From Salisapilia sapeloensis CBS 127946 (Eukaryota; Protista; Oomycota), in contig JAADVB010000025.1 in the NCBI GenBank assembly GCA_023334545.1, positions 55,495 through 119,494 on the forward strand: a stretch of DNA of 64,000 bases, in the 5' to 3' direction. The notes beneath the pieces are model-generated. The model saw only the letters and a list, made by a program, of their open reading frames with translations. It was not told where the DNA came from and did no database searches. The position numbers were made by a program, and so were the translations under genes. Shown here piece after piece: positions 47,582-60,312 of the stretch (positions are counted from its first letter, which is position 1; each line of letters opens with the position of its first letter).

Positions 47582-49844
47582 TCAATCCTCCCAATCGTCA
47601 TCCGAGTCACTATCTCCCTTGGAGCTCTCTTCATACTCGACTTGAACCCTCCGATTCGAAATCGCATTCGTAATCGCATCATTTATCGTCATCGGTGGTG
47701 CTTCCGGTGCTGTTTTCTCTTCCTTCTCTTCCTTCTTTTCTGTATGCTTCAACTGTGCTCCCTGTCGTATCGCAGCCATGAGATCTCCTCTTCCAGCCAT
47801 CGGATTCGGTGGTTTCATTTGCTCCTTTGGACTATCTTTCTTTGGACTTGATGTCTTCTCTTCTCTCTCGTCACTCTTTACCGACGTCGGGCTTGTCTCT
47901 CGCTTGGGTTTCGACATTGGTACCGACTGCAGAGAGCTATCATCTGACTCCGAGTCACTGTCATCAAAGAGGTTCTTCTTGGTCTTCTCCGATTTTGGCA
48001 ATGGAGTCGACTTCGATGATCCAGTTAAAGCCGACCGGAAGGTTTCATTTAGACGGAATTCGAATTGGAATTGATCATTCATGACCATGCCTGGGACCTG
48101 TACAAGTTGCTCGAGGTAGTCGACAAGTTCCTTGGCTCGTTTCGCCATATTTTCTTCCTTAATCATATTCCGATGCCAATGTTTCGACGGTAGCTTTGGC
48201 ATTTTACTACTCTTACTAGCTGCTAGTAGACGTCCATGGATAGCTTCCATGTCACCATACGAGTATGCGACTTGATGCTCTTCACCAGACTCGAGACGAA
48301 AGACGAGATTATACACATCTACCTCCTTTTCCTTCTTCTTTTCCATCTCTTTCCCGACAAAGTAGTTGACACAAGACACGTGAATGTCTTGAGATCCTGC
48401 GTTATGCGTCGGTGGTTTCGAATTACTCGGACTCGTAGGTGTAGTCGCTGATGGGTGAGATTTCTCCGGATGCTTCGTCTCGAGCTGGAAGAGACTTGCG
48501 TCGTCACTGTCACTATCACTATCATCAAACAAGTTCTGTCTTTCTTTTCTTTTCTTAGGTGATGTCTCATGGAAGTTCGAGTTCAAGTCCATGCTATCGA
48601 CTCGATGCTGTCGAATGGCAGCGAGACTCATGGCAAATGCATTCGATGCATCTGGTTTATCCTTCTTCTTCTTCGACCGAGAAGAGCTCGAACGTGAATC
48701 AAGTGATGGACGATGGTTTGTATCTCCATTTCTAGCTGAAAACGAGCTCTGGGAACGTCCTTTAGAAGCAGAACGGATAGACGTAGTGGATTTAGCGAGG
48801 TCGTCGTCGTCGGAATCGAAGAGACTGTCACGACTGATGGACGAGGCTCGACTGTGCGATGGTTCAGGTGGAGGAGGAGGAACGAAACTACTTCGAGATG
48901 ACATATCGGAGGATCGAGGAGGAGGTGGAGGGATCTTCGAGTCCATTGAAGCGTTCGAACTGTCCGATCGATTACCAGGAGATGACGGTGCACTACTTAC
49001 AGACTGCGATCGATGCTTGGAAGGCGCAGCTTCGATGAATTTACCTGGAGGAGGTAGTTCGACCTTGACTTTCGCCTTGGGCTCCACGACTTTCGTCTGA
49101 AGTGGCTGGACGTTCGAGATGTTCCCGCCAGCTCCAGCCTCAAGTCTCCTTCGATAAGCAGATTTATTCATACGTCCAGTAGTAGGAGCGTGCTGTCGAT
49201 GCAGTCGGTTCTTTCGACGCTCGAGGATCTTGAGCGTATCGTCGTCGAGCGACCCGAGATCGTCGATGCGTTCGAGCGGTGTCATATTATTAATCTGCTC
49301 TTCTCGAGCTAAAGCACGATCGTGCTCTTCTTGTGCAATCTTTTCTTGCAAAGCTTTCCACCTACGAATCTTATCCTCTCTCTCCTGAATCGCTCGCTTC
49401 TGTTCCTTTTTCGCCTTTCGACGCTGCTTCCGGACTTCTTCTCCGACAGCACTACTTGGATCAACCACAGCTATAGGACTATTAGATGCTATTATGTGAG
49501 CTTAAATATAAGTATATGCTACCTAGTAGTCCTTTGCACCACTTGTCTAGATCAAGACGATTAAATGCTGCGAGATGCATGCGCTTATGTTTATGCTTTT
49601 CGACTTTGAGTTCCAAGCCGTAGGCATCAACTTTTAGTAGTCCATCTCCATCCCAAGCACAAAAGCCAAGGACATTTGCTGAAGTGATTTTCGTCCTCGA
49701 GTCTTCCTCCGGTCTGTCAAAGACTTCGAGCTTCCGACTTAATCGCAAGACGAAGTAACGATCCACGAGCTGTGGCTTTCCTTGCTCGTTCTCTTGCTTC
49801 CACTGCAAAAATCCTTCATGGACGATCCAAGAGCTACCTCCCAT
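47582..49844 (-). CDS. PH - coiled coil - Pro-rich - PX - WH2/central/acidic (VCA) protein; 1 intron
   Basis: PH (HEGFLQWK..RYFVLR..DLDKWCKGL), PX (YNLVF..SYGDMEAIHGRL..PKLPSK..RAKELVDYLEQL), WH2 (GRGDLMAAIRQGAQLKHTE) and C-A (ISNRRVQVEYEE...DSDDDWED*). Confidence 0.8.
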
Positions 49845-50039
49845 ATCTTTTTGAAGAGGAAGGAGATAATAAAGAGGAGAAAGAGCGAGCTAGAGGTAGA
49901 CGGAAGACGAGTTCGATTTCTTCCTGACTACGCTATGCGGTTTTGGATGTTATTTTCCGGACTATGCTATGGAATATTAACGCTGGCATTAAATCAAGAC
50001 GATCACTAGACGATCTTGAAAGGGTGGAAGCCAGAAGAG

Positions 50040-50540
50040 ATGGAAGATTTGATTCGGAAGAGCTTTATCTTCGCAGATACTGAAGTGAAAGGGTATTTGA
50101 CGAAACAAGAACTCAAGTATGCGGTTGCAGCTGCATTAGGAATACGTCCATCGAAGCTTGTGCTGGAGCAAATGTTCCGACAAGCGTACGAGTCGACGGA
50201 AGTTCGAATCGATCGAGAGACGTTTATCCGCGTCATGATGGAACGCACGCAAAAGGTGGATACGCTCGAGTGTATCCAACGTGCCTTTAAGGCCATCGAC
50301 ATCCGGTCTCAAGGGTTCATCTCGTATCCTACGTTCGTCGACGTATGTCGCCAGACGATGCCACACATCTCGCCAGACACGGTCACGAGCGTCTTCCAGG
50401 AATCCGATCGCGACAAGGATGGACGCGTGACTTACAATGATTTTGAAGCCATGTATATGCGTTCTCTATCTCTTGAAAGCCATCCTCTCCATGCTCCAAT
50501 ATCGCATCAAACGTATGAAAAGACTAGTTTCTTTATTTGA
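50040..50540 (+). CDS. EF-hand calcium-binding protein, EFCAB11-like; start uncertain
   Basis: FIFADTEVKGYLTKQEL...GIRPSK, FKAIDIRSQGFISYPTF and DRDKDGRVTYNDF. Confidence 0.8.
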   Translation: MEDLIRKSFIFADTEVKGYLTKQELKYAVAAALGIRPSKLVLEQMFRQAYESTEVRIDRETFIRVMMERTQKVDTLECIQRAFKAIDIRSQGFISYPTFVDVCRQTMPHISPDTVTSVFQESDRDKDGRVTYNDFEAMYMRSLSLESHPLHAPISHQTYEKTSFFI

Positions 50541-50704
50541 AATGTATAAACGATGAAAGCGACATCGAATGCGTGTTTTACGCGAAGAAATCATTGTGGT
50601 CTTCATGTGTCTCTTGATTCGAAACGCCAGTGGACTATGTACGATACGTTATTATCTACAAATGCCAGATGCATGTATATTTGGTTCCAAGAAGGAATAA
50701 AAAA

Positions 50705-52163
50705 CTAAAGGATCAGTCCATCTACCTGATCCATGCCGACATACTGGTTCAAACTCTGCTTATACATGTCCGATAGGTTCGTAGTCGCGTGATGTCCTGT
50801 ACTCGATGTCGGTGGGTTCTGCCCAGGAGACGGTTGATGCGCACCTGGACGGAATAGCCTTGACGACACGGACACTGGACTCTCATTCCGCCACTGCGTT
50901 CCGTGGTATTCGTCCAGCAGACGCTTATGAGGAAGGTTCATCGGCGTCTCGGTCGGTCGATACGAGGGCACCGATGGCTGTTCTGTCTGTGACACTACTC
51001 GACATTAGTGAGGTTACCATACGACAAGCAAGGAGCGACGGACCTTGAGTAGAGTGGTTGTACAGTGGCGCGACGCGAGGTTCAGAGTAGAATCCAGCGT
51101 TAGCGTTAGAAGAGTACGCGGGTATCTGGTCCTGATACTGCTGGCCGTACGATGTCGGTGGTTGGAAGTTCATCATCGGCGACGTGCGATACCTCCCATT
51201 GTTCATGTATGTAAACTGCTCGTCTTGGGTCGATGGCTCTATCTTCGTATCTTCTTGATTGCCTGGACTATGCGTTGGCACAGGACTTGCATAGCTTTGA
51301 TTCGGGAATTGCATCCGTTCCTGATCTTGATTGTTCGCGTGGCGGAACATAGGGAAGTTGGGTGGTGGGATCTCTGTCGGAGATACTTGCGGCACGGGAG
51401 AGCTCGCAGCTGCCATGCGTAGCGACTTGCCTTCTCTCAATGGTCCTTTCTTCCGTATCGACTGACGCTGCATGCGACGCATGGTCGAGTAGTATCGGTT
51501 CTTGATCGCATTATCCGTCCTACCAGGTAGCATCTTGGAGATTTCGGCCCATTGATTCCCGACATTCTTGTGGCATTCAAAGATCACATAGTCTTCCTCT
51601 GGTGTCCACGCATCCTTCCGAACAGACGGGTTCAAATGGTTGTGCCATCTAGAGAGCCGTTAGAAGTTATTTTGAGCGAAACGGTTCGTAGGGAGGTACC
51701 TTTCTCGACATTGCTTGCCGACGCGGCCAGGGAGGTACATGGCAATGAGCGACCAGCGCTTGGCACCATACTGCTTGACGAGCTGCATGAGCTTATCATT
51801 TTCCTAGAGACGAGTTAGGAGGAAAAAGGTAGTTGGAGGATACGGACAAGATACCTCTCGTGTCCACGGGCGTTTGCTGCTCGAGTCGCCTTTTCGACGG
51901 CCTTTGCTGCTGTCTTGGCCGTCGGGAGAGTGGTGCTCGTAGCTGGACGGGAGTGGGGACGAGTAGGCCGATGGAGGCTGGTGGTAAGCGTACTAGAGAA
52001 TGGTGATACGGTTACAAGATGTAGGTACACTAGTCGGCATGTGGCGACGTACCTCATTTCGTGGCGGGATGGCAGGCGCAAAGTCTCGTTGCGGCGTGCT
52101 CATGGCGTGATGGATGGCCTGTACGTCTGCCTCGGTCGGCTCCAGGTCCATGATGCGATTCAT
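50705..52163 (-). CDS. R2R3-Myb transcription factor; 4 introns
   Basis: KRPWTREENDKLMQLVKQYGAKRWSLIAMYLPGRVGKQCRERWHNHLNPSVRKDAWTPEED...GRTDNAIKNRYYS after splicing. Confidence 0.92.
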
Positions 52164-52774
52164 CGTCCGTAGCGTTTCGATGAAAACGGCAAAAGCGTTT
52201 AGTTCGAAGGGAGTTTTATGTGGTCTCTCGTCCACTTATTCCCTGCCCTTTCGTTTGTGAGCGCACGAGTGCAAGTAGCAAAGTGAACGGCTCTCGGTTT
52301 TTCTACGGATGCGACTGTTGCAAGATGCGCGACAGGCCGCTTGGCTTCGATCTAAGGCCGTTTCAATGACAGTTTTCCTTCCTTCTAACGTGGAAGAGAG
52401 TACAGAAGATCTCCATCAGGTCGGAAAGTTAAGAGATGGGAGAGGGCCAGCAGACACTTTGGCTTCAGACAGGTCTTCCGACGTTGCTATCGACAGACAA
52501 GACATGCAAGAAACGTAGAAGAGATGTAAAATGTCTCTTCGATGCTTGGAAGAACGTGAAAGGATTTAGAGGAATAAAACGCTGGTTCATTCAGTTACTA
52601 GCAAATTACTTCTTCCATACACGTCTGCGATTGCACTCGGAACCGTGTTCTTTGTTGAGCCGCCGCACCGCGTTTTCGCTGGTAGATGTTTCTTCCAACT
52701 TCAAGAATAACCAGATGATAAGAGATCTGGAGTTGAGCAGGCCGTTACGTGCCCCTGCCACCTTGGTCAAGTCA

Positions 52775-53040
52775 AATGGATGGACGGGCAAGAACATGCT
52801 CCGTCATCAAGATCGCGTCCCAGGTATGACGGGTGCAAACACGTGACTCGGGTATGTGACAGCCTTGGTCCATACTCTAGCAGGAGCGACGATCCTCCTT
52901 GCTTGTCGAAACGAAGAGCAAAGCTGACGAGCTCAAGGCAGTAGCATCAAAGCCTTGCAAGTGAAGAACAAGACGGCAAATGTAAAATACATGCACATGG
53001 ACGTCGATAGACTTCGTAACATCTAGACGTTCGTCACCGA
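52775..53040 (+). pseudogene. Degenerate short-chain dehydrogenase (RDH/WWOX-like) N-terminal fragment
   Basis: One frame reads TGANT*LGYVTAL...GATILLACRNEEQS*RA...VKYMHMDVDRLRNI*TF, with stops at 52844, 52925 and 53024. No downstream SDR motifs were found. Confidence 0.7.
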
Positions 53041-53276
53041 CATTCCCAATCCGCATCATCTCTTTCATCGACTCCCAAAGCCATTCAGATCCATGTAAGC
53101 ATCACTAAACGAATGCAATGCTACATCTGAGCGAAAGACTACATGTGCATCGTCCCATTATCTTGCAGAAACCCCTTAACGGATACTATATCAAGACTGT
53201 AAGAGGCGAGTCCATGTCTCGCTTCCTTTTCAATCCAATTCCAAGCACTTGTCTTAAATCTTTTTTCTTTTCTTAG

Positions 53277-56200
53277 CTACAACTGCACCTCCCGCTTGAC
53301 CGACTCGTCTTGTCCTTGTTCCTGCGCTTCGACGTCGTTGCGGTGGCCGTCCATGCTTTCATCCAAACTATCTTCTTCCGTCCGGCGCTTTTTCCCGTCG
53401 CCACTTTCTTGCTCCGAGTCCGACCTCTCGCGCTTCTTATTCCGTCCTTCATCTTCCGACGAATTGTCACTACGCTTCACTTCGCTCTTATTCTCGTCTG
53501 ACGGTGCAGGACTACCATACACTGGTGTCTCGGCAGGCGTATCGAGCGGCGTGGCCGACACGGATTCATCGTCATCGTCCTCATCCTCTTCCTCGACCGA
53601 CCCGAGGTACTCAATCCCGAGCTCTGGCTGCACCAGCCACTTGCTGCTCTCCACCGGTCTCACACGAGGCGATGGCGCCCACACTTTGAAACTATCCGTT
53701 CCTCCAGACGGCGTCGAGTCTCCTTCCACCGGCGTCCGCCTCAAGACACCTGGCTGGAACTCGAGTCGGAACGCCAGCTCGCCTTCATACACGCTCTTGG
53801 CTTTATGCAAGTAGCTCTCCGGGTCCTTCTCTTCATGGAAGAGCTTGAGCAGCTCTGCCGATCGGTCGTCTCCACCCATGTGCTGCATCTGCTTAAGCAC
53901 TTGCGTCACGAGTTTATCCATAGTGAAGAGCAGATAGGACGTCGATCCCATCAATCGACGGCAACTGTCCTCGTACTTCGAGTTATCGACACTTTTATCC
54001 ACAAGTGCATACAGGATCGAGAGGTATGCTTGATAGTCTCCCGGTTGCTCTTGCTCCTCTCCTTCCTCTGCATCAGCATGACGTCCATGTGCAAGTGCCT
54101 TGGCAGCAGGATTAATTGTTCGACGGAATCGATTCCGTTTCGCTCGATCACATAGATCTCGAGCTTTCTCGAGACGAGCATGTAGGAGTTGATACAGACG
54201 AAGGAAGACGTAGGCGTGTTGACTCCCATAGCAGAGCGACTTGCCCGTCTGCATCTTGTTCTTCGCTTCGTCTTCATCATCCATCTCGACGATCGAAGGA
54301 GGGACATCCGCCGTCTCTTGGATCGTCATGGCACTCGGTTGCAAGTACGCTTTCGCGATCGGGAGTTCCACGGCATAGACGTTCTTATCGGCATGCAACG
54401 TCTGGACACTGCCTTCTCCAAAGTGTGTGTTGACAGACGTCCCAGGCTTGAGTGTCGTCGCTTCTTCACTCACCTTCTTCTGCGATGGTTGACGCGCTAG
54501 CCATTCTTCGTCGAGTTGGAAGAACGGAAGGTAGAAGCTGTGCCAAACTGTACCGACCTTTTCTTTCTCAGACGCACCAAGTGTCTTCTCGGCAGCATAC
54601 GACAGGAGGTTATACACGTCCTTATGGACACTAGTGGATGGGAATGCATAGGCAAAGTGGGGTTTCCACGTCTGTTTCAACGCATCCGCTGCTTGGGCGA
54701 TCGTTGCGTCCGTGTCCATCGGATTCTTATCACTCGACGACGTATCAATCTTCTTCTTGGCTTCTTGTAGCAACGCTTTAACACTCGTTTGTTTCTTATC
54801 CTTTTGCTTAAAGTAAAAGGATGAATGATCGAGACTCTTGTGGTAATTCTTTTCGTTCACTTCCTTCCACTGGACATTCAAGTCCTGTCGAGCTCGCCGC
54901 CACTCTTCATCTTTCTGTCGCAGACGTTTAAGAATGACAGGAATCGCACCTGCAGGATATTTACGTAGTAGATCCAAGATCTGACTACTTGCATCACCAT
55001 AAATGCGTGCAATGGCATTCAGATGCGTCACGCGGAACGTATTCTTATCGACCGAGTAGTTCCACAAGTCTTCTTCACCTTTCCCAGACGCTTGTAAGGC
55101 CTCAATCTCCTTGTTCAATGGTTCTAACACGGCAATCGTCGATGCATTCGAATCGATGACCATGTCGATCTCGAAGCGTTCATCTTCGCACTTGAACAGC
55201 GCTTCTTCGTACTGATTCTTACGCATATTCTTAAACGAAAAGTCTTCACTACCGGTTGGGACAGACACCCACGTATCGTTGCACACTTCCTTCTCTAGCT
55301 CCGAGCGGTACGAGCATGGAGGAATGGGATACGAAGCCGGTAGACCACGGTAGGAAGGCGTGGCACGACGACATTGCGACAAATCGGTCTCGGCTAATGG
55401 GATGAACGGCCACATCTCCTTTGGATTCGACTGAATACCGTGTGCCGTCAAGAGGTGGTCGAATTCATCTACAAGGTCCGCGTGTCGACCAAAGAGGTTC
55501 TTGACAAGAGACAGCATCTCGTCACGTCCGAGAACTTCTTGCGCATACAGCTCGAGGCACTTAAGAAATTCGCGCCAGGATTCACGAGACGGCAAGATCT
55601 TCTTAATCTTTTCAAAGACAGCCCACTCTTCCTTATCGACCAGCACGTCTTGCAGCGCAACGTTAGCTCGACGACCACTTCCATCGTACTCGCGCGGCTT
55701 GTTCCGTTTCTGCTTGAATAAATCGCGGTTGTTCGTCTGACGACCGCCACGCTCATTCTTATTGCGATAATTCTCTTCCAATTGACGATTCATCCGATCT
55801 TTACGTGCTTGCGCTTGTTCCGCCGCACGGTTCAAACGCTCCTTTGCTTGCTCTTGCACGGCATCAGGTAAGAAGAAAGTGAATTCACGCAATAGATCCG
55901 GATGATCTCGGAAGAGCTGCGACACTTGGTCCAGCACCTGACGAATGGACCTTTGCTCCTTCTGATATGTATGCAAGATCGCGAGAAATTCCTTGTACGT
56001 CTCTGCTTCATCGGCAAAACGCTGCTTGATCTTCGTCACGTAATGAATCGCTTGGTCAAATTCTACTGGATTCGTCGGGTTCGCAGGATTTCTCGTCGGA
56101 TCGTTACCAGAATTTGGCGGATTACCAGACCCGTGTTTCTGAGGTGCATGCGGACCCATGTTTTGATCTTGCGGACCCATTGTCATCGGTTGAGAATTGT

Positions 56201-57491
56201 TTCCACCCTTCATGTCATTTGGAGGATACTGATTCGGAATGTTCACAGGTGGAGGACGGTGCATGCTCGTCACAGGATGTGCAATGTTGCTCGCATTCGG
56301 ATTCGAAGCCGAGGGTTGGCCTGGTGCTGGCGTATGGCTCGGAATCGTGCCTGGAGGAAAGATTGAGTGCGTATTTACCGGCGGACGACCACTCGTGATC
56401 TGCTGTGGGATCACTTCGATGGATGTATCTTGTCGGATGCGATATCCTGGTGGTAAGAACGTGTTGAAGCCGAGAATTAAGCTCGGGTAGCCTCGGAAGA
56501 GGTTCGAGACTCGAAGAATCACACCGGGCGTATCAATTCTATGCATATAGAGTTAGTTTTTGAATATCGTAAGCAATGTGCAGATAGAAACGTACGCTTG
56601 GGCTTTAAAGTCCTTCATAACGTCGAGGAATTGGTTGTAAATGTCCGGCTGATCGCCGAATTGTTGCTTTACTTGATCCAGATACAGCAAAGCGTCTTCC
56701 ACGCGCAATTCTCGTTGCCCAGCAGCTTGTTGCTGCTGACGCATGGCAGCCTGTGCTTGCGGGTTCTGATTCGGGTCCATGTTGCCATAATACCCTGGGT
56801 TCTCTGCTTCATTCGTTCGTTCGAGCGTGTATCGTGGTTGCATATTCGCTTGCTGCGTCTGCTGGTTCTGCATGTCTCGACGAGGCGATGGCGGGTGCAT
56901 GAACGACTGCTGATTCTGCTGTGACATGGGCGCGGACGATCCTGAGAACGAGGGTCCTAACGATGTCTGCGGTGAGCTTTGCGCCATGCCTTGCGAACGA
57001 CTTAAAGCGTGCATGCCGAGTCCTGCCAAGGAGGACGCGCCTTGACTACTGGCAGATCCCAGTGGTCCTGACGCAGCGCCTAGAATATTATTCGAAGACG
57101 ATGTCATGCTACTTCTAGGCGGATGCAGCAGCGACCCAGATAGCGGGTGATGTGGCGATCTTGTGGCACCACTTTGTCCCAATGACGAGCTGAGCGACGG
57201 GGGCGGCGGAAGAGGAGGCGGGTGGCCCTGGTGCATCATGCCACCTCCATTTCCGTTTTTATTGTTCCCGCTGTTATTATTGCTGGCCTGGTTTCCACTA
57301 TTCGCGTTGCCGTGTAGCGGGTGCAGTCCACCTGTCGAGTGGTGGCTGAGCTGCGTGAGGGACTGGAAGGCGTGCGGAGAGTGGTGCGAAGGGTTCCCTC
57401 CGCCGCTCGAGTTCGATGGCGGCATGCTCGGGTGATTCTGCGGAGGTCCGTGACGATTGTCACCCTGCGCGCCCGGGTACGACGGATTCAT
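53277..57491 (-). CDS. SIN3: Sin3 transcriptional corepressor (PAH domains, HDAC-interaction domain); 1 intron
   Basis: [15 protein letters not shown]...[47 protein letters not shown]...[18 protein letters not shown] and YLLFTMDKL. Confidence 0.95.
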
Positions 57492-59334
57492 CCCACCGCG
57501 CTCTTTTCTACCTTCGGTTTCTTTTTGATGTTTGAGCCAGCCGAAGGAAAAACTGCAAGCTGACGGTTGTTTTTTGGGTCTAACGGTGGTTCATGGGGGA
57601 AGAAGGAGGAAGGATCCGAGTAAATCGAGACACGATGCGGCGATATTTTTGAAGTTGGAGAGCTTTAAAAGTCGGATGAAAGATACGAGGGGAGATGAGG
57701 ACGTGGCGGTTGATGTGGACGGGGGGAGGGGGGTTTACAGACGTAGGGAAGGAGACGGCGGATGGGATGAACGTGACTCGTGGGAAGATAGAGTTTGATT
57801 GGTGTGGTGGGTGTGACAGCACAGCCTGCGTCGATATCCATGCTGATAGGGTGAGCGTTGTCTTACGACCGACTACATTGATGCTGAGCGAGGAGGAAAC
57901 ATTAGTCTTGTTCAGCATTTATTGCTTAAAGATATAGAGAGATACGTCGTGCTAATGTGACGAGTATTTTTCATTTCAGTTAGCTGGAGTATATCCTTCC
58001 ACCGTCCGAGTTTCTAAAGAAGTCCATATTAACATTTATTAACGTGGACCATCGCTATCTATGTGTGCATGTCTGAAATGGAGTAGGCAATTTAGTCATG
58101 GAAAGGATTCTCCTTCTCTACTATGCATTTGCAGAGCTGAGCAATGAATGTCTAGTATCAGTCTACTAATTATTTGCTTAAAAGGAAATAAAACTATCGT
58201 AGAAACCGTTTTTGCTAGCAAACCGTCTGAGGAACGGTCATATTCGTAGATTCCCTGGATGCATTCCTTGTATCTCAAGCTACAGCATTAAATCGACCGA
58301 CAAGTGTGCTCCTTCTTGGTATGCAGACGAGATCGCATCACACCTACAAAGAGTTAAATGGAAATTAGCCCTAGGCATGGAAGCCAAGTGCAAGGGGCAA
58401 GGTATCTATTTCGGATCGGGCATGCACAGCCAGTGATCTGTTTCGTCGAGTCGTGATTCAACACGAAGAGCTCATGCGATCTTCTGGTCACCTTGTGTTC
58501 AAATGTACCCTTTAGCGATTGAACATCTCCACGCTTGCACACGGTGCTAGGACGCCTTTCGGAAAGATGAAAAAACCACATCGTCCGAGTTAAATGTATC
58601 ACATAGCTTCAAATACATCCGTATTGAAACGATCGAGTTGTAAATCGAAAGGTGTATCAAAGCAAAACCTATTTAAGCTTTCGAGCGTTCTACAGCATCA
58701 ATTCGTAGTCGTCAAAACGCCTGTACGACTATAGTTTGGAAGAGTGGAGCGCTAAAAATTTCTTTTTACACTACGGATTCCGTTTCGTGGTATATGGGAC
58801 CGATACTCGTTTGAAATGTGAGTATGCTGCAGTCTTCTAGCCTTAGGATATATCAAACGTAGTCCATAGTGGTACACAGCGTCCGAGCTTGTAAATTATG
58901 CGAGATGCATATCTCATCAAGTGAGTGGTAACCTGACTGTCAAGTCAGTTCGGAGATGCAGCGGTGTGGTATAAGCAAGGAGCGTAGAATTTGATCTAAG
59001 ATTCTCCGTTTCTCTTATCCATAACGTCGTGGTAGAGCGCAAAGATTTTTATCTTTGGTATCATACTACGCGTAAAAAGATATCAGATTTCGTACGACAC
59101 TGCAAGATGAATAGACAAACAATATTGAGGCTACTTCTTTCCTTGAGCTGAATGTCGTACTACCTGTCTAGAGTTAGACGACTTCATAATGCATTCGAAG
59201 TTAGCTAGTATGTGAATCGCAATGCAATATTGCACCAGTAAGGCGGCGCTAAGATCTCATTGCGATCTAAACCACCTTTGTGCTATACTGAACGAAAAAA
59301 AGTATTTGCAACTTGTTTTGATGAAATGCAAGTC

Positions 59335-60312
59335 TTACTTGCTGACCTTAAACGGAACCTTAGTCTGTTCTTCACTAAACTTCCATAGCTTTTCCGCCGC
59401 AGAAGTGGACTTGGCTTTTTCTGGCGGATCTTCCTGCGTAGGGTAGCCGAAGCATCCGCTAAAGCGATCGGGTGCAAAGAGCTCCCCGCCTTCGACATTC
59501 TCGCCCGTCGCCGCGAAAAGAGTAGGAAGAGCGCCCATTTCAGGACTTTGATGATAAAGGAACAGATTTCCAACTTTCCAGAAAGCTCGCATGAAAAAGC
59601 CGTTTTCGATCGTAGGAGCAGTGAACAAGTTGGTCGCAACGATACCAGGATTGGCTGCGCATGCCACGACATCCGTGATGCCTTGTGCCTTGAGCCTCCT
59701 ATCCAGCTCATTGGCAAAGAGCTGATTGGAGAGTTTCGTATCCGCGTATGCTCCATTGGGCGTGTACTTGTCTGGAGATGCAACGATGTTATCTTCATTA
59801 AAGTAAGACAGTCGAGCGCCAATGCTGCTCACATTGACAATGCGCGAAGGAGCTCCTTTGACGAGCAAGTCGAAGATTTGGGACGTAAGCGCGAAGGGAC
59901 CAAAGTGGTTCGTGGACCATTGCTTGTCCAATTTGTCGACCGTCTCCGAGTGCGCAATGGCCATGACACCGGCATTGTTGATGAGATAATTGATCTTGTC
60001 GTGCTTGGTATGAAGATCTTGCGAAAATGTACGTACGCTGCTCAGATCGCACAAATCTAATTTCATGTATGAAACCGTTCCAGTTTGCCCCTCTTCTTTC
60101 GACAATTTTTCCTGAAGCAATTTCTCTGCCTCCTTCCCTCGTTCTTCACTTCGACATCCGAGGATCACCGTTGCGCCTTTGCGGGCAAGTTGGAACGACG
60201 TTTCCAAACCAATACCACTATTGGCACCAGTGACTACGGCCACTTTCCCATCCAAAGATGGCATCTGTGATGCATCCCAATTCGGTGGAACCTTACTCGC
60301 GCTGCTTCCCAT
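59335..60312 (-). CDS. Short-chain dehydrogenase/reductase, RDH12/WWOX-like; intronless
   Basis: VTGANSGIG, LINNAGVM, TNHFGPF, IVNVSS and YADTK (YxxxK); N-terminal MGSSAS is a possible myristoylation site. Confidence 0.92.
   Translation of the reverse strand: MGSSASKVPPNWDASQMPSLDGKVAVVTGANSGIGLETSFQLARKGATVILGCRSEERGKEAEKLLQEKLSKEEGQTGTVSYMKLDLCDLSSVRTFSQDLHTKHDKINYLINNAGVMAIAHSETVDKLDKQWSTNHFGPFALTSQIFDLLVKGAPSRIVNVSSIGARLSYFNEDNIVASPDKYTPNGAYADTKLSNQLFANELDRRLKAQGITDVVACAANPGIVATNLFTAPTIENGFFMRAFWKVGNLFLYHQSPEMGALPTLFAATGENVEGGELFAPDRFSGCFGYPTQEDPPEKAKSTSAAEKLWKFSEEQTKVPFKVSK

Noticed and set aside
52844-53026. Selenocysteine or stop read-through explanation for the SDR stops
   Set aside because: The first TGA replaces a Gly position, a TAG is also present, and the remainder of the SDR is missing; simple decay fits better.
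57580-57918. 112-aa ORF upstream of Sin3 as a gene or uORF
   Set aside because: Composition reflects the pyrimidine-rich promoter region; no motifs and TSS unknown.
57920-59330. Short open frames between Sin3 and SDR (e.g. SDLFRRVVIQHEELMRSSGH near 58430)
   Set aside because: Interrupted by stops, with no family recognised and no terminal repeats.
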